Source: Octopus bimaculoides
Taxonomy: Eukaryota
Direction: 5' to 3'
DNA length: 32,674 bases
Assembly (NCBI RefSeq): GCF_001194135.2
Contig: NC_068985.1
Location: forward strand, 113,822,788-113,855,461
Made by a program: the position numbers and the translations under genes
Shown: one piece after another, positions 31,992 through 32,674 of the stretch
How positions within the stretch are numbered: position 1 is the first letter of the stretch
How the letters are laid out: each line of letters starts with the position of its first letter
The notes under the pieces: generated by a model
The model's database searches: none
What the model was told of the DNA's origin: nothing
What the model saw: the letters and a program-made list of their open reading frames with translations, nothing else

Positions 31992-32565
31992 AAGAACTAT
32001 GGACCAGTAAATTGCATAAGTTATGGATGCATTTGAAGGAAGGAAGTAATGGGTTGGGGAAGATGCGAGAAATGACAGGGTCGGATTTAACTGTGCAGAA
32101 AATACCTAATATAGTGCCCTGGAGGGTAGTGTGGAGGAATGGTGAGGATGGAAAGGAGGTGGTGTGATCAGTAGACAAAGTGTGAGCGAGGACAGCTGAG
32201 TTGCAATGTATGTGTGTGTGTGAGTAGGGGTGAGGGTGAATATTCTTAGTGGGTGATGTGACTGGCCATGAGTTGGGACTGAGTTGAAGTTGGGGGTTAA
32301 CAGAGGTTTCGGAGACGGGAAGAAAATTCGAGGGTGGGTGGGAAAGATTGGGTGAAATAAAGGAAGAAGTCCAGTTGTTCATGGGAGAGTGAGGTGGCAC
32401 TGATACAGTCGGCAAAGTTTTGACTATGGACTCACGTGTGGGACTGGTGAAATGGGTCTCAATATGGCCAATGAATAGGTTTGCATAATTGGAGACCACT
32501 CTCATTCTCAGTTCCGAGACCTGCTTGTAGAACTTGCCCATGAACTAAAGGGAATTTAGGTTGAG
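31992..32565 (-). mobile_element. Penelope-like element coding remnant (RT fragment plus RT-to-GIY-YIG linker)
   Basis: LNLNSL*FMGKFYKQVS...NYANLFIGHIE resembles the PLE RT pattern F.G..Y.Q..G.AMG...YANLF.G..E. KSDPVISRIFPNPLLPSFKCIHNLCNLLVHS resembles the PLE linker SDP....IF..P....F.R..NL...LV.S. No DD catalytic motif and no GIY-YIG domain are present. Confidence 0.7.
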
Positions 32566-32624
32566 TATAACATGTATATAGATGTGTGTGTGTGTGTGTG
32601 TGTGTGTATACATATATAACCATT

Positions 32625-32674
<50 letters not shown>

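Overview
This is eukaryotic, AT-rich, repeat-dense genomic DNA with 11 N-gaps (about 3.5 kb). The SINE, RTE and MITE content and the microsatellite load suggest an octopus or other coleoid cephalopod short-read assembly (inference from recalled repeat families, no search run). The window is almost entirely intronic sequence of a minus-strand plexin gene, most like invertebrate Plexin A. Two exons are visible: 24928-25066 and 17537-17705. Both have canonical AG/GT sites, join in frame, and encode the end of PSI domain 1 and the following Ig-like/TIG segment. The rest is tRNA-derived SINEs (CORE-like, Nin/Deu-like and a third type), RTE LINE fragments and tails, TTAA-flanked piggyBac-type MITEs, a TA-flanked Tc1/mariner-type MITE, Penelope-like remnants, a 5S rRNA pseudogene and simple repeats. 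Nearly all ORFs in the supplied track are microsatellite or N artefacts. I found no prokaryote-type system or CRISPR array, and no clearly new gene system. The best leads are: (1) a 196-bp Penelope-like unit carrying a degenerate hammerhead-type fold, inserted with a 10-bp target-site duplication into a MITE; (2) a full-length 5S copy 7 nt upstream of a full-length tRNA-SINE in the same orientation; (3) a perfect 17-bp inverted repeat enclosing an uninterrupted RTE endonuclease fragment. Repeat boundaries were placed by eye and are approximate.
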